DNA of 64,000 bases. Source: Chlorokybus atmophyticus. Lineage: Eukaryota > Plantae > Mesostigma and Chlorokybus algae. Position 1 is the first letter of the stretch. Every line of letters starts with the position of its first letter. The stretch spans positions 248,001 through 312,000 of the forward strand of contig RHPI01001737.1 in assembly GCA_009103225.1 (NCBI GenBank), given 5' to 3'. Shown here in pieces: positions 23,801 through 36,455 of this stretch. The notes below the pieces were generated by a model. It was not told where the DNA came from and searched no databases. It was given only the letters and a program-made list of their open reading frames with translations. A program made the position numbers and the translations under genes.

Positions 23801-26733
23801 AACATCACGAAGAAGAATGTCTTTCCTTTGCCTCGCATCGATGAGTTGGTTAGAGCAGCTAGAAGGTGCTGAGTTCTTCACAAGCTTGGACCTAGCTGGC
23901 GGCTACCATCAGATCCGCGTAGCGCCCGAGGACATCAAGAAAACGGCATTCAACACTCGCTATGGCCCTTACGAGTGGTTGGTAATGTCGTTTGGGATGA
24001 CCAGGGCTCCGGCAACGTTTCAAACCTTGATGAACGGTGTCTTTGCTGATCTGATTGGCAAGGGTGTCCTCGTGTACCTCGATGACATTCTCGTGTATAC
24101 CAAGAGCAAGAGCGAGCACATGGCGTTGCTACGTGAGGTGATGCAGCGTCTACGTGCAAACAAGTTGTTTGCTCATCTCAACAAGTGCCATTTTTTGCTG
24201 CAAGAGGTAGAGTATCTCGGCCATCTTGTCTCCAAGGAAGGGATCAAGGCGGACCCCAACAAGATTGCGGCGGTGCGCGATTGGATTGCCCCGAAGAACG
24301 TGAAGGATGTCATGTCGTTCCCAGGGCTGGCTGGCTATTATCGCAAGTTTACGAGAGGCTTCTCGCACTTGGCATCACCATTGACGGCATTGTTAAAGAA
24401 GGGGGTGAGCTGGAGCTGGTCGGAGGCTGAAATAAAGGCGTTTTCTAACTTGAAAGCGGCCTTAACATCAGCACCCCTTCTTTTGCATCCCAACATGCAA
24501 TTGCCCTTCGTGGTGGCATGCGATGCTTTCGATAAGGCCGTTGGAGCTGTGTTGCAGCAAGATCACGGCAACGGCTTGCAACCGGTGGCATTTTTCAGCA
24601 ATAAATTGAGTGGAGCTGAGCTCAACTACCCCGTTCATGAGAAGGAATTGCTGGTGCAGGTGTTGGCGCTACGGCAATGGCGTTGTTTTCATGAGGGCAA
24701 GCGCTTCATGCTTGGAACGGATCACTCGCCATTGAGGTTCCTTCAAACGCAGCCTCATCTCTCGCGGCGGCAAGCTCGTTGGCTCGAGTTCTTTCAACTC
24801 CTCAACTTCGAAGTCAAGTACAAGCCCGGCTATTTGAACAAGATTGCGGACGCGTTGAGTCGGGACCTCAATGCAATTGAAACGGTTGTTCAAGTGCAGC
24901 CCGAGTGGTTGAAGCAGATCCGAGCCTTGTTGCATGAGGACGCCGTCGGTGAGAAGGCTATTGAAGCGCTCGAGAATGGAACTGATCATGGCGGCCTTTG
25001 GGCATTGAAGGACGGGCTGCTATGGCACGGAGATCGCATGTACATATCCAACATTGCGTACATGCGCGTGGGATTGATGAAGGAAGCACAAGACGCGCCA
25101 ATGGTTGGTCATCAAGGGCTTGAGCGGACGCTAGCCTTGTTGAAACAGCGATTTTTCTGGTCGGAGATGCATCGTGATGTTAAGGACTATGTGGCATTGT
25201 GCGACACTTGTCAAAGGGTGAAGGCGAGCAACCAACGCGTCAGCGGGTTGCTCCAACCATTGCCGATACCTTTGACGAAGTGGGAGCAAGTTACTCTCGA
25301 CTTCATCACGGGGCTGCCACGAACACGTGAAGGACATGATGCTATTGGTGTTTGTGGACAAGACCAGCAAAATGGTGCGGTTGGCGCCATGTACGGAGAC
25401 TTGCACGGCTCCCGAGGCTGTCAAGTTGTTCATCAAGCATGTGGTGCGCTCTCATGGCCTCCGGAGGAGCATTGTGAGTGATAGGGACCCGCGGTTCACG
25501 GGAAACTTCTGGAAGGCTCTCGATTCAGCTTTGGGCACGACCTTGAAGTTGAGCACCGCATACCACCCTGAGACGGACATCCAAACGGAATGCACCAACC
25601 GCGTGGTCGAGGACATGCTACGGTGCTATGTGAACAGCCGACAAAACAATTAGGGAGACATGCTGGAGCTGATTGAGTTCACCATCAACAACCAAGAGTG
25701 CAAGCACGGGCGTGACACCTTTTCTCATGAACTATGGGCAACATCCGTTGACGCCGTTGACGGCATGGGCGCCTAGCATGTAATGTTCAGATGTGGCCGT
25801 GGATGGCTTTCTCGAGAGGTGTGCGGCCATTAGCAAGGCAGCTCGTGAAGCTCTGATTGTGGCACAAAACAGGCAAAAGCAATACGCCGATGCGCATCGC
25901 AAGCATGTTGTCTTTTTGAATGGTGATTGTGTGATGCTCTCTACCAAGCATGTGTAGCTGGTCACGGGTGGATGCGCAAGCTGAATGAGCGATGGTTGGG
26001 ACCTTTCAAAGTGATCAAGGTCATCTCGGAGGTAGCCTACAAGCTGAAGCTGCCCGATACCATGCGCGTGCACCCCGTTTCTCATGTCTCGCTTCTTAAA
26101 GCTTACAAGGGGGAGCCGCCACCTCGTAAGCCTCCGGTCCTGGTTGGTGAGGACCAAGCTGAGTGGCAGGTGGAGGCAATCATCAAGGACAAGATGGTGG
26201 GAGGTGTGCGCAAGTACTTGGTGAAGTGGCGCGGCTATTCGATGCACGAGGCGACGTACGACCCCGAGGAGAGCTTCACCAATGCCAAACAGATTTTGCA
26301 GGAGTACAAGGCCAAAGGACGCACTCGTCAGCTTCGAGGACGAAGCTCCCCCAAGGGGGAAGGGGTGTAACAGCTTGGACCTTTTTCCATAATTTACTAC
26401 ATGTACAATATGTGCTTTGCCTTTTTTTTTCTTTATCAAGCCCCCCCAAAAAAAGCAAAAAATAAAATAAAATAAAATAAAAGGCTTTGTAAAGGGCTTT
26501 CACAAGCTGTACAGGCGGTGCTCTACTGCCGCGCGCGACTTCGCCTGCAACCAGCCCGGCAGCTGCCTGCCTGCGACGTGACCTACTTAGCCAGCGCTGA
26601 CTGGACTGCACGGTACCTGCCATGTGACGCGGACTGCATAGTCAGCTACCGCTGCGCAGTACCCTGTAACGCGCACTACCCAGTCAGCTGCCGCGTGAAA
26701 TGTACTCCGACGTGCGGGGTAGCAGTCTGCACT
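20894..26733 (+). mobile_element. Near-complete Ty3/gypsy chromovirus copy 2
   Basis: 5' LTR ~20894-21527 and PBS tggtattggagc at 21529-21540. Domain order gag, PR (LLVDSGA), RT (YLDD), RNaseH, integrase, chromodomain. PPT aagggggaagggg at 26353-26365. The 3' LTR starts at 26366 and is truncated at ~26733. Confidence 0.95.
21589..26370 (+). pseudogene. Chromovirus gag/pol with several stops and frameshifts and a C-terminal chromodomain
   Basis: Zn knuckle CWECSSTEHMRSNC. pol ORFs at 22688, 23538, 25327 and 25927. Chromodomain WQVEAII..YLVKWRGY..EATYDPE. Confidence 0.9.
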
Positions 26734-26734
26734 T

Positions 26735-27810
26735 AAAGAGGATTTGGCAGGCAATTGGACAGACCGGCACATGTGCGGTGACTACCACCCCCTCGACAAC
26801 AAGACCAAGCAGGACAAGTATTCAGTGCCCACTGCAGAAGACATCTTTGATGATGAAGGGGATTGCACAGTCTTCGGTATCCTTGACAATCGTGAAACGT
26901 ACAACGTTAACGAGGAGGACAAGCACAAGACCTCCTTCTGAGGCGACCGACAGCTGTACCAGTGCAAGATCATGCTCTTCAGGCTGAATATTGCCCCTGC
27001 CAAGTTCCAGCGCGTCATAGACAAAGCCCTTAAGGGGTTGGACTTCGCACGCCGCAATCGACAACATTCTCATCTTCAATTGCAGCAATGAGGAGCATCT
27101 TCAGCACATCAACGATGTGCTACGGAGGCTGCCAGTGAAGGAAGCTGGGAGAACGGTGCACCCCGACTAGTGCACCTTCTTCACCCGCAAGGTACCTTAC
27201 CTTAGGCACATAATTGTGCCCCACGGTGTTTATGTACAGCATGCCAAGGTGGAGGCACCGGTGTTTATCCTTGCCCCCACACATCTTACGCGACTGCGTG
27301 CTTTCCTTGGCTTTGCCAACCACTACCGCCGTTACGTTAGAGACTTCGCGATATCGCCCGGCCACTCAACGAGTTGCTGAAAAAGGCACATCAAGAGGCC
27401 TTCGAGGAGTTGAAGCTTCCACTCACCACAGCTCCCATGCTCTAGCGTTCTGACTACAACAAGTCCATTATTCTGCATACAGATTGGAGCAAGCTCGGCA
27501 TGGGAGCGGTGCTCGTGCAGCATGATAACAACAAGGAGAAGTGCATGGTGTCGCGTGCCAGCCGCAGCAAGCCGCAACAACAGCGCTAAGGCCAACAACA
27601 GCAGCTACAAGGGGGAGTGTCTTGCCGCAGTGTGAACCATCTCCTTCTTCCGCCCCTTCCTTTCGGACGGCAGTTTTAGCTGATTGCCGATCAGCAACCA
27701 TTGAAGTGGCTCATGACCAAGCAGCACCCAACAGGGAAGCTGACACGGTGGGCACTCCTGCTGCAGGAGTATAACTTTCAGGTGGAGCATTGGGCAGGCC
27801 TGTCCAACCA
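26735..27810 (+). pseudogene. Decayed RT-RNaseH fragment of the DNMT-gypsy family
   Basis: NWTDRHMCGDYHPLDNKTKQDKY and ..WALLLQEYNFQVEHWAGLSNQNAD, with stops and frameshifts. Confidence 0.85.
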
Positions 27811-30800
27811 AAACGCAGATGCCTGAAAATCACACGCTGCCAGAACAAACTCAGCGGCAACTTAAGGATGAAATCCTTTCCGGCACAGCGCCTCCCATGC
27901 GAGACCGTGTCTTCGTAGTCAAAACACCTGTTATACTGGAGTTGGCACAACGGTTGTTCTGGACTCTGCATAACGACATGCAGACGGCACCACGCCAACC
28001 CGCACCAGTCCGTCATGAACCCTTTGAGCTCAGCCCACTGGACACGTATAGGGACCGGCAACCCAATGTACAGCAGCACATCGCTGATACAGCCGACATG
28101 CCTCTGGGTGACAACGAAGCACTGAGGCCCCTCAATACCGTTCGATCTCATGAGCGCTACACCGCGCTGGAACAGGCGTTTACCTGGCGACGAGATCAAG
28201 TAGCAGCAATCAACGTTAGAGCGCACACCCTTGCCAATGCTCACGCTGGCGTTCTTCAACCCACAGTCGCTGGCCCATCATCCAGTACGACACCTCTCTT
28301 CGGTGGGCCCGACATTGACCAGATGTGGGCGCTGGCCTAACAAACCAGGGGGGTGATCGCCCCGCTGCTACCCGCCTTGTCGGAAGACTTGCCTGAAGAT
28401 CAACGGGATCCAGGGAGACGCTACCTCACACCGCAAGGGTGGACACAACGAGATGGAGCAGGTTCAATCGGGGAACAACAACTTCGCATTGCCTTGTTGC
28501 GACAAGCAACCATGCTGCACCGACAAGAAGGCATCGGCCTGAGACGGATTTTGGGGATGTGGGAAGGTGGTAATGCAGCTCAAGCAAGACTGATGACTTG
28601 GCTAGTCACCAATCACCCGCAGTTCCCCTGTTCACATTCGGCACCAGATTGCTCTGGTTGGACGCCTTCCTGCACTCGCTACGGCAAGCCTATGACGAGG
28701 TTGCCTTGGCAGCTACTAACACCTTAGAAGGAGCACAAGAGGCCATACTGAGGTTGCCAGGGGTGGAAGCAGCGCGAAAACGCAGACGCATTGCAACTGC
28801 TTACGAGCAACATGTCCAGCAGCCAGAGATTTACCTCACTGTGCGGGCGCGAGCAACAAGGGTGCTGAAAGTGGGGGGTGGTCAATGGCAGATGGGATGC
28901 CTATATGGCAGGGATCCTAAGGGTTCCCACCATCACCCACGACATAAGAGTGCGGCTCCTGCGCGCAGTGTATCTCCAGCCCATGCCTTGAAATCACCGC
29001 TGGAGTGACGTGGTCAACAACCCAACAGCCACATGGGAAGGTACACTGGTCAGGGAAGCAGCTCATGCAGTACGCTGGACTTATGTGGAAGAAGTGGCCG
29101 CACGGGAGACGGGCCCACAAACACCCGGTTCTCCAAGGGTTTCCCCAACAGCTACTGGCCACGCCGCCAGGAATGACCCCGGCCACACAGAGACGCAATC
29201 CCCCGGCACCACAATCAGGACAGCCACAGGCAGCACCGCCAGCACCCAGGCCACAGCGTGTTTATCAACAGCAAAGACAAGGACGGTTCGGGCCAGGCCG
29301 CGGTCAAGGAGGTGCTCAAGACCCAGCTAGTCGAGGGGCGCTTGCCGCACTGCGCTCGACACCACCGGAAGAGACTGCAGCAGCAGACACCCCACGCACA
29401 CGCAACCGACGATTCAAGCGGCGCATCCACGCCAATGCAGCCATGATCACCAACCAAGGCAAGCATGTCACTATCAATGGGCGAGCACCCAAGCGGGTGT
29501 GATCGGACGTGACCTTGGCATCACCAGCGATGAGCTGATGCCGTGCCCATACGTGCTCGACACCGCAAGCGGCAGCCGTGACAAGGTGATTGGTATCACC
29601 AAGCAAGCCCTCTGCATTCGCATGACAGGAGTAAACCCATCCCACAGCACCGAGGTCATACAGAAGTGTGTGGTCACCGACACAGGATCCTTCGATCTGT
29701 TGTTGGGACATGACTTCAACTTCCCTGTTGGCATGGGGCTGGACTGCTGGACAGAAAAGGCATGGTTTCGTTCCTCATTCGGATGAAGAGGACGTAGAAA
29801 TTTAAGGATATCTGCCTCTTGAGCTGGTGGCTCGCACTCGTTCCCACCGGAGGTCAGCTGCAACAGCCACCTACAGGTCATTGTCGGCAACCACTAACAG
29901 GTTAGCTGCGACAGCCACCCACAGGTCGGGGTCGACAACCACCAACAGATCATCTGCGGTGGTCACCCACAACTCGGACCAAGACTCTCCTATCCCATAC
30001 AACGAGTCTTAGGAAGATGCCACTGAAGAAGTGGCCCATCGGAAACCAGCGGGACGTTGTTGGCGCGCACAGGTGGTCGCACATTTAACACTGACGAGAC
30101 CACGGCTCATTTCACGGTTCCCTCTCTACAAGGACCAAGCTGCGGTCCAGGAACAACACCAGCTGGCCACTGGAGTAGTGGAGTTTCACGTATTCCTTCG
30201 CCAATAAGGCATCACCGTGTCAGAACTATTTGAAGAAATAGGTAGTGGCCTCGCCGCTGTCCTCAACATCGGCTCGACGATTATGAAGTACTTCTACTGT
30301 GACCTTGATCCACACGCACCTGGGCCACCACCTGCGCCACCTACACAAATGCTACCCGCAGCGACTGCCGCTACCGGCACTGCAAGGCAGTCTGAAGGCA
30401 CTGCCACATGACATCCGTTTAATCGCTGCGGACCACCTACTAGCGGTGGGCAACATCAACCTGCTAATAGCAGGATGGGAGTGTCAAGGACACTCTAGAG
30501 CAGGCAGCGGCCAAGGACTCGCTGATCCTCGCTCACGACTATTCTGGGAACTGATGCGTGTCATCAAAATCCTGCAGAGCAGCCAGCTGTCTGGGCCTCT
30601 AGGATATATTATTGAGAATGTGCACTCCGAGGACGATAAGCGCCATCACATGGACAACAGCTTCAGATAGGTGTGTTCATTACTGAGATATCCTCTCAGA
30701 ATGAATGTAGCGCGGAATGGCTCCCGTGCTCATCGCGTCCGCGCCAAGTGGACCAACCTGACAACTCTCAAAGATCTCTTTGCTGCTGAATATCTGCACA

Positions 30801-33386
30801 GCAATTGTCCACACGATCTGACCGTTGACGCTATCCTGGACTCTGGGCACAGCACAACCAGTCACCCGAAACGATCACCAGCACTTCTACCAGTGCAACC
30901 AGCCTGGTCAACCACGTCGTGCGCTCCCCACTCTGGTGTATTACTCGGCATCATACGCTCTCCGCAACCACGGCGCAGGCATGGTGTTGGGTTCCAACAC
31001 AAGCCAGCTAGAGGAACCCAACGCAAGTGAGTGTGAACGCGCCATTGGCTTCTCTCCAGGCAGTATTACAGGTTCCACGCTGACCGAAAATCAGCAATGC
31101 CAATTGTTGGGACGCGCTTTTGATCAGAACAGCATGGTATGATTATTGAAAATGTGCTTTGCTCTTCAAGACCACCATGTGTCCTTTCAGGAGCTCGAAC
31201 ACTTGGCTTGGGGGTGGGCCGATTGCGTGCAAGAGACCAAAGCGGCACACACCGCCCTCGAAATCGCCCATATAGAAGGAGCAGGCAGCAGTCATTGTGG
31301 AGGACATTCCAGTGGTCGCCAATGCCACCTCTTGGTCACATGCCATTGAACTACTGGCTATAGGCCAGGTGCGAGAACAATTGGAGGCTCTCCTCAACAA
31401 GTGAAAAAGTCAGTTCAGTTTCAGTGTAAAGGAATTAAGCGTTTGCTCAGTTCATCAGATGGACATCGAGTTGGTGAACACCGAACCGGTGTTCACCAAC
31501 TTTCGACGACAGTACCGTCTCTCCAGGTTGGAAAAAAAACATGGTGGAGCAGAGGTGCAAGGCTCTGCTAGATGCAGGCCTAATTGAGGAGTCCACATTG
31601 GACTTTGTGGCCGCGACTGTCATGCCCCTGAAGAAGGATTCAGCAAGCAGTTGGACAGACCGGCGCATGTGCGGCGACTATCGCCCCCTCAACAACAAGA
31701 CCAAACAAGACAGGTTTTTCAATGCCTACTGCATATATCAAGGATACCCTATATAGGGTATCCTTGATGATGTAGGAGACTGCACCGTCTTCAGCATCCA
31801 GGATATGCGACAAGGGTACAACCAAATCGCCATCAAGGAGGAGGACAAGCACAAGACCTCTTTCTGGGGCAACCGGCAGCTGTACCAGTGGAAGGTTATG
31901 CCCTTTGGACTGAAGAACGCTCCTGCCATCTTCCAACGCGTCATGGACAAAGCCTTGAAGGGGCTGGACTTCGCGCGATGCTACATTGACGACATTCTCA
32001 TGTTCAGTTGCAGTAACGACGAGCACCTGCTACACATCGAGGAAGTGCTGAAAAGACTCAAGGGGGTGGGGATGACAGTGCACCCCGACAAGTGCACCTT
32101 TTTCACTCGCAAGGTACCCTACCTTGGGCACATGATTGTGCCATACGGTGTTACGTACAGCATGCAAAGGTGGAGGCTTTGGCGGCTATCCCTGCTCCAA
32201 AAGACCTTACACGCCTGCGTGCCTTTCTGGGCCTTGCCAACTACTATCGCCGGTTCGTGAAGGACTTCGCAAAGATCGCGCGACCCCTAAACGAGCTTTT
32301 GAGGAAGGAGGTGGAGTTTGCGTGGAAGGAGCCACAATAGCAGCCTTTTGAGGAGCTAAAGGGCAGGCTCACCACCGCTCCCATCCTGCAGCGTCCTGAC
32401 TACAACAAGCCCTTCATCCTCCACACCGACTGGAGCAAGCTTGGGGGCTGTGCATGTACAGCACGATGAGATTATGAAGGAGCGGGTGGTGTCGTACGCC
32501 AGCCGAAGCAACAACAGCGCTGAGGCCAACTACGAGGGAAAGTGCCTCGCTGCAGTATGAGCAATCTCCTTCTTCAGACCTTTCCTCTTTGGTCGACAAA
32601 CTCAGCTGATCACCGATCATCAGCCATTCAAGTGGTTGATAACCAACCAACATCTGACAAGGAAACTTGTTCGCTGGGCCCTGTTGTTGCAGGAGTATGA
32701 CTTCGAGATCGACCATCGCGCCGGCCTCACCAACCAGGACGCTGATGGCCTCAGTCGCAACCCTCACCGCAGCACCAACGATGCAACCGGAGCTTGGCAC
32801 GAGCTCGGCCTCGCAGCAGCAGCTCCCACCGTGGCGGCCATGTTTGCTGTTGCCGTTATAATCAGGGCGCCGGATCAACACCACCTCAACGACAGAGGAG
32901 ATTCCTTGCCTTGCCTGAGTCTACCGTCCTCATAGTGACCACACCCTTAGGGGACGTCCACGCGGGCGACATCGAAGTCGACGACACCGAGCTGGCATCC
33001 ACCGACACCAGGCAGGACATATGACTGGACAAGCCATCACTCTCCTTCTTTTAACGTGGCCAGCTTCCCTCCAACATGAGTGCACGAGAGAAAGATCGTG
33101 TCAGTCAACGCACCCGCCACTATCGGTGGGCGGATGACAAGGTGTACCGCCACGCCCGGGACGAGGACAAGGAGGTGCCAACACCAGCCACACGCGAGGG
33201 CATCATTGCTGCCCTCCACACTGAGCTTGGACACTTTGGTGTCAAGCGTACCGTCAGCCTGGTAAGGGCGCAATATTGGTGGTATGGGCTGTCCACACAG
33301 GTGCAGGGGTTCGTCAGTCGCTGCCAGCAGTGTGACATATTACGCGTCAGCCTCAACACACGCAGTGCCACCTTGAACGTAGGGGA
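27811..33386 (+). mobile_element. Decayed DNMT-gypsy copy B: gag-like, PR, DNMT, RT, RNaseH, integrase N-terminus
   Basis: PR tail DTGSFDLLLGHDF (~29700). MTase LLIAGWECQGHSRAG..YIIENV (30200-31170). RT MPFGLKNAP/YIDD (31805-32260). RNaseH, then integrase HTELGHFG..CQQC. Confidence 0.9.
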
Positions 33387-34870
33387 TGAGGGTGCTACAT
33401 CTTGCTGAAACCAGCCACGTAAGGGGAGGTTGCAGGGAGCGCAGTTTACCATGTCGTTTTTTCAGGCGCTCACCCTGTTGCTCTAGCAAACCCAGTACCC
33501 CTGTGGAGTATACCTTTAGTACTTTATAGACAGCGCGCCCGATTGAGGTGTCGAGAGTGTCGTGGGTGAACAAAGTCTCCGCGTTAGAATTGTCGCTCTC
33601 GCTCCATGTAGAAGCCACTGCGCACACACTCGTAGCGCAGCGTGACATGGTGCTGTGCGATGCGCAGGTTGTTGAATACCATGGGGTCGGTATGCTCAAA
33701 TAGTGCGCCACGCACAGTCAGATCATATAGCATTTTATTGGGGTTGTGGATTGTCCACCACTCTGTCGACCTCCAGTTGTGCGAAAGGGGAGCAACGACT
33801 GTCTGTCAAATAGCAGGTAGTATGGGCTGAACTCGCACAGAGCTGCCTGCTTGGACAGCCTGTATCCCAATGCTACCCATGGGAGGTGATCATTCCATGT
33901 GTCCTTCACGTCGTCGAGGACGTACTTGCGCAAACTTGCCTAGTTAATGGTTTGCACGGTACATTCGGCGAGACCGTCGCCATGTGGGTGATCACGTGAA
34001 GTACGGCGATGGTTAATGAAGCACTTAGTCAATAGGGTGTCGCACGCCCTCCTGAACTTCGTACTCTAGTCGGTGATGACTTGAGCACAGCTGCCAAAGC
34101 GCCCGAGTATATGGGAAAGGAAGGCTTGGGCTACCCCTTAGCTGCTCTTGTTGGGCAGGGGCACCAGCTCCACCCATTTTAATGCTCGATCATGCTCGAT
34201 CATGACGAGGATGTAACGGTTGCCTCGTGCTGAGGGCAACAAGTCCTTGGGGATGTCCAGTCCTCAGCGATAGAACAACCCCAAGATGGGGATGGGATGC
34301 AAGGTGGCGTTGCGCGTGTACAGACTCTCGTGCACCATGTCACACTGCTGGCAGTTGCTGACGATCTCGCGCACCTGCTTGTGCTCCCCATACCATCACT
34401 ACTGGGTCCCGACCAGGCTGACTGTGCGTTTGACACGGAAGTGCCCAAGCTCAGTGTGAAGGGCAGAGATAATGCCCTCACGTGCAGCTCGTGTTGGGAC
34501 CTCCTTGTCTTGATTCTGTATCCGTCGATACAGCTTGTCGTCGGCCCGTTGATAACGCTGAGTGCGTTGATTGACGCGGTCCTTTTCGCGCGTGCTCATG
34601 CCTGCTCGGAGTCGTCTGGTCTGAAGCAGTGCGAGGGATGGCTTGTAAAGCCTGATGGCTTGCTGCGTGTCGGTGGGTGCCAGCTCCTCATCATCCACTT
34701 TGGGGTCGGCGGCGAGCGCCTCCTCAGATAAGGGATCTGTGGTGGTGATGGTGGGCTCGAGAGAAGGCATGTCCTCGTCTGCTGCTGCTTAAGCGACCTG
34801 GGTCCGGCTTCCTAAGCATAGCGCAGCGGCAGCGATTATAGCCGCTACATCTGAAGGTGCAGCCGCAGGA
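33387..34870 (-). pseudogene. Inverted integrase fragment of the same family
   Basis: Homologous to 9700-11100 (MPSLEPT.., HTELGHF, LRKYVLDD). It ends just before the PHD position. Confidence 0.85.
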
Positions 34871-35375
34871 CCCAACTTGTTGTTAACGACTTCCATTTGA
34901 AGCAAAATATTACAAGCATACTATTATTCGGGCTTAAGGTCTGCATCAACATCGCAAAAGCGACTGTTTTGCATTAACACCAAAGTAGGTATGAACTCAG
35001 CGGATTCACCCACACATGAAGCATGTCTCTGAAAGAAGAGATGCATTTAAGACTGCTCCCAATCACATGGCCATGGAGCAACTCCCTTCAATCCAAAAAG
35101 AAAAGAAGAACAAGAAGAACAAGAAAAACTTAATGAGCTGATGACTGCCGCATATATCTCACAAATGCAACTATCTAGACATTATACAGGCTCTTACAGA
35201 ATTGTATATAAAACCTGCAATAAAATGTATTGATTAATATAACTATGAATGATGGTCACTACAAGCTTTTAGTTGCCATGATCGGTTATATCACCATTAT
35301 TAATTTGCTCAACTAAATTGATGCTACGCTAGCTTTTGCTTAAGCGACCAAATTTTCACTCGAGCTGTTGAATCC

Positions 35376-36455
35376 TGTCGTGCCTGCCGTGGTCGAGGGT
35401 CATGCCATCTCGAGCAAGCTGTGGAGGAGTGCACTTGCTGTGCACATGATGTTACTGCATTAGAGTATTTTAAGCAAAAGACAACCCCCTTGTTGCGGGC
35501 ACAGTCCGAGACTTAGCCTGTACACTTCTCAGAAGAAGTGGGTGAGCTGGTGATGCTCTCCACCCTAGTGTACACACCGTGCTGTCATACACACTGTCAA
35601 CAAGCCACTACAATAGGTAGTGCTGTCTACACAGTTCTTTGCACGAGTGGATAATGTCGTACACTGTTGAGTGAGGTGAATGAACAAGCAACTCAGAGAT
35701 GCTATGTCATGATTGATGCAACAAACACACCACCGCCAAGTTCACAGCAATGACAGGCACAGCGCACAAGAGCATGCATAGTGTCTCACGCAATAAGCAA
35801 ATTCTTAGCAGCCGGGACGGCGTGCTTGTAGTTGCAGTTACTTCACAAGCTCTTGAAGTCCTTACTCACAGTGTCACCAGCTCGTCTAGTGACATGACTT
35901 CTTACTTAAACATGTCACATCGTGATTGTGCAGTGCCACGCGGGCACCAGGCCAACGGTCACATCGAGGCCGTATGCTACTACGAAAATGTCTTACGACT
36001 CGATATAGCACATGAGATAATAATAGATTCCCAACTGATCAGCTACGCGCGGTTCCTACATAGAGGTCTGTAGAGTAGCCCTAGCTACATGCTACATGAA
36101 GTACGAAGTAGCTAGCAATAGACTGGGGCGCGCGCGGTTTTCATGATGGTAGGCCAGGTAGTGACCTGGGTGTAGGCATACTCGAGGAAGAGTGGCAAGA
36201 GAGGGTCAATGGCATGGTAGCTGTTGTGCCTGCCAAGGTCGAGGGTCACGCCATCTCGAGCAAACTGTGGATGAGTGCACTTGCTGTGCACATGCTGGTA
36301 CCGCATGCTGTATTAGAGTATTGTAAGCAAAAGACAACCCCCACATTGCAGGCACAGTCCGGTACTTAGCCCGTACACTTGTCAGGCAAAGTGGGTGAGC
36401 TGGTGATGCTCTCCACCCTAGTGTACACACCGTCGTACATGCAGTCAACAAGCCA
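35376..36455 (-). repeat. Two ~230-bp LTRs (36455->36222 and 35607->35376) around a ~615-bp non-coding spacer
   Basis: Both LTRs start TGGCTTGTTGAC and end GGCAC(G/A)ACA, like the LTR at 9127-9361. Confidence 0.8.
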
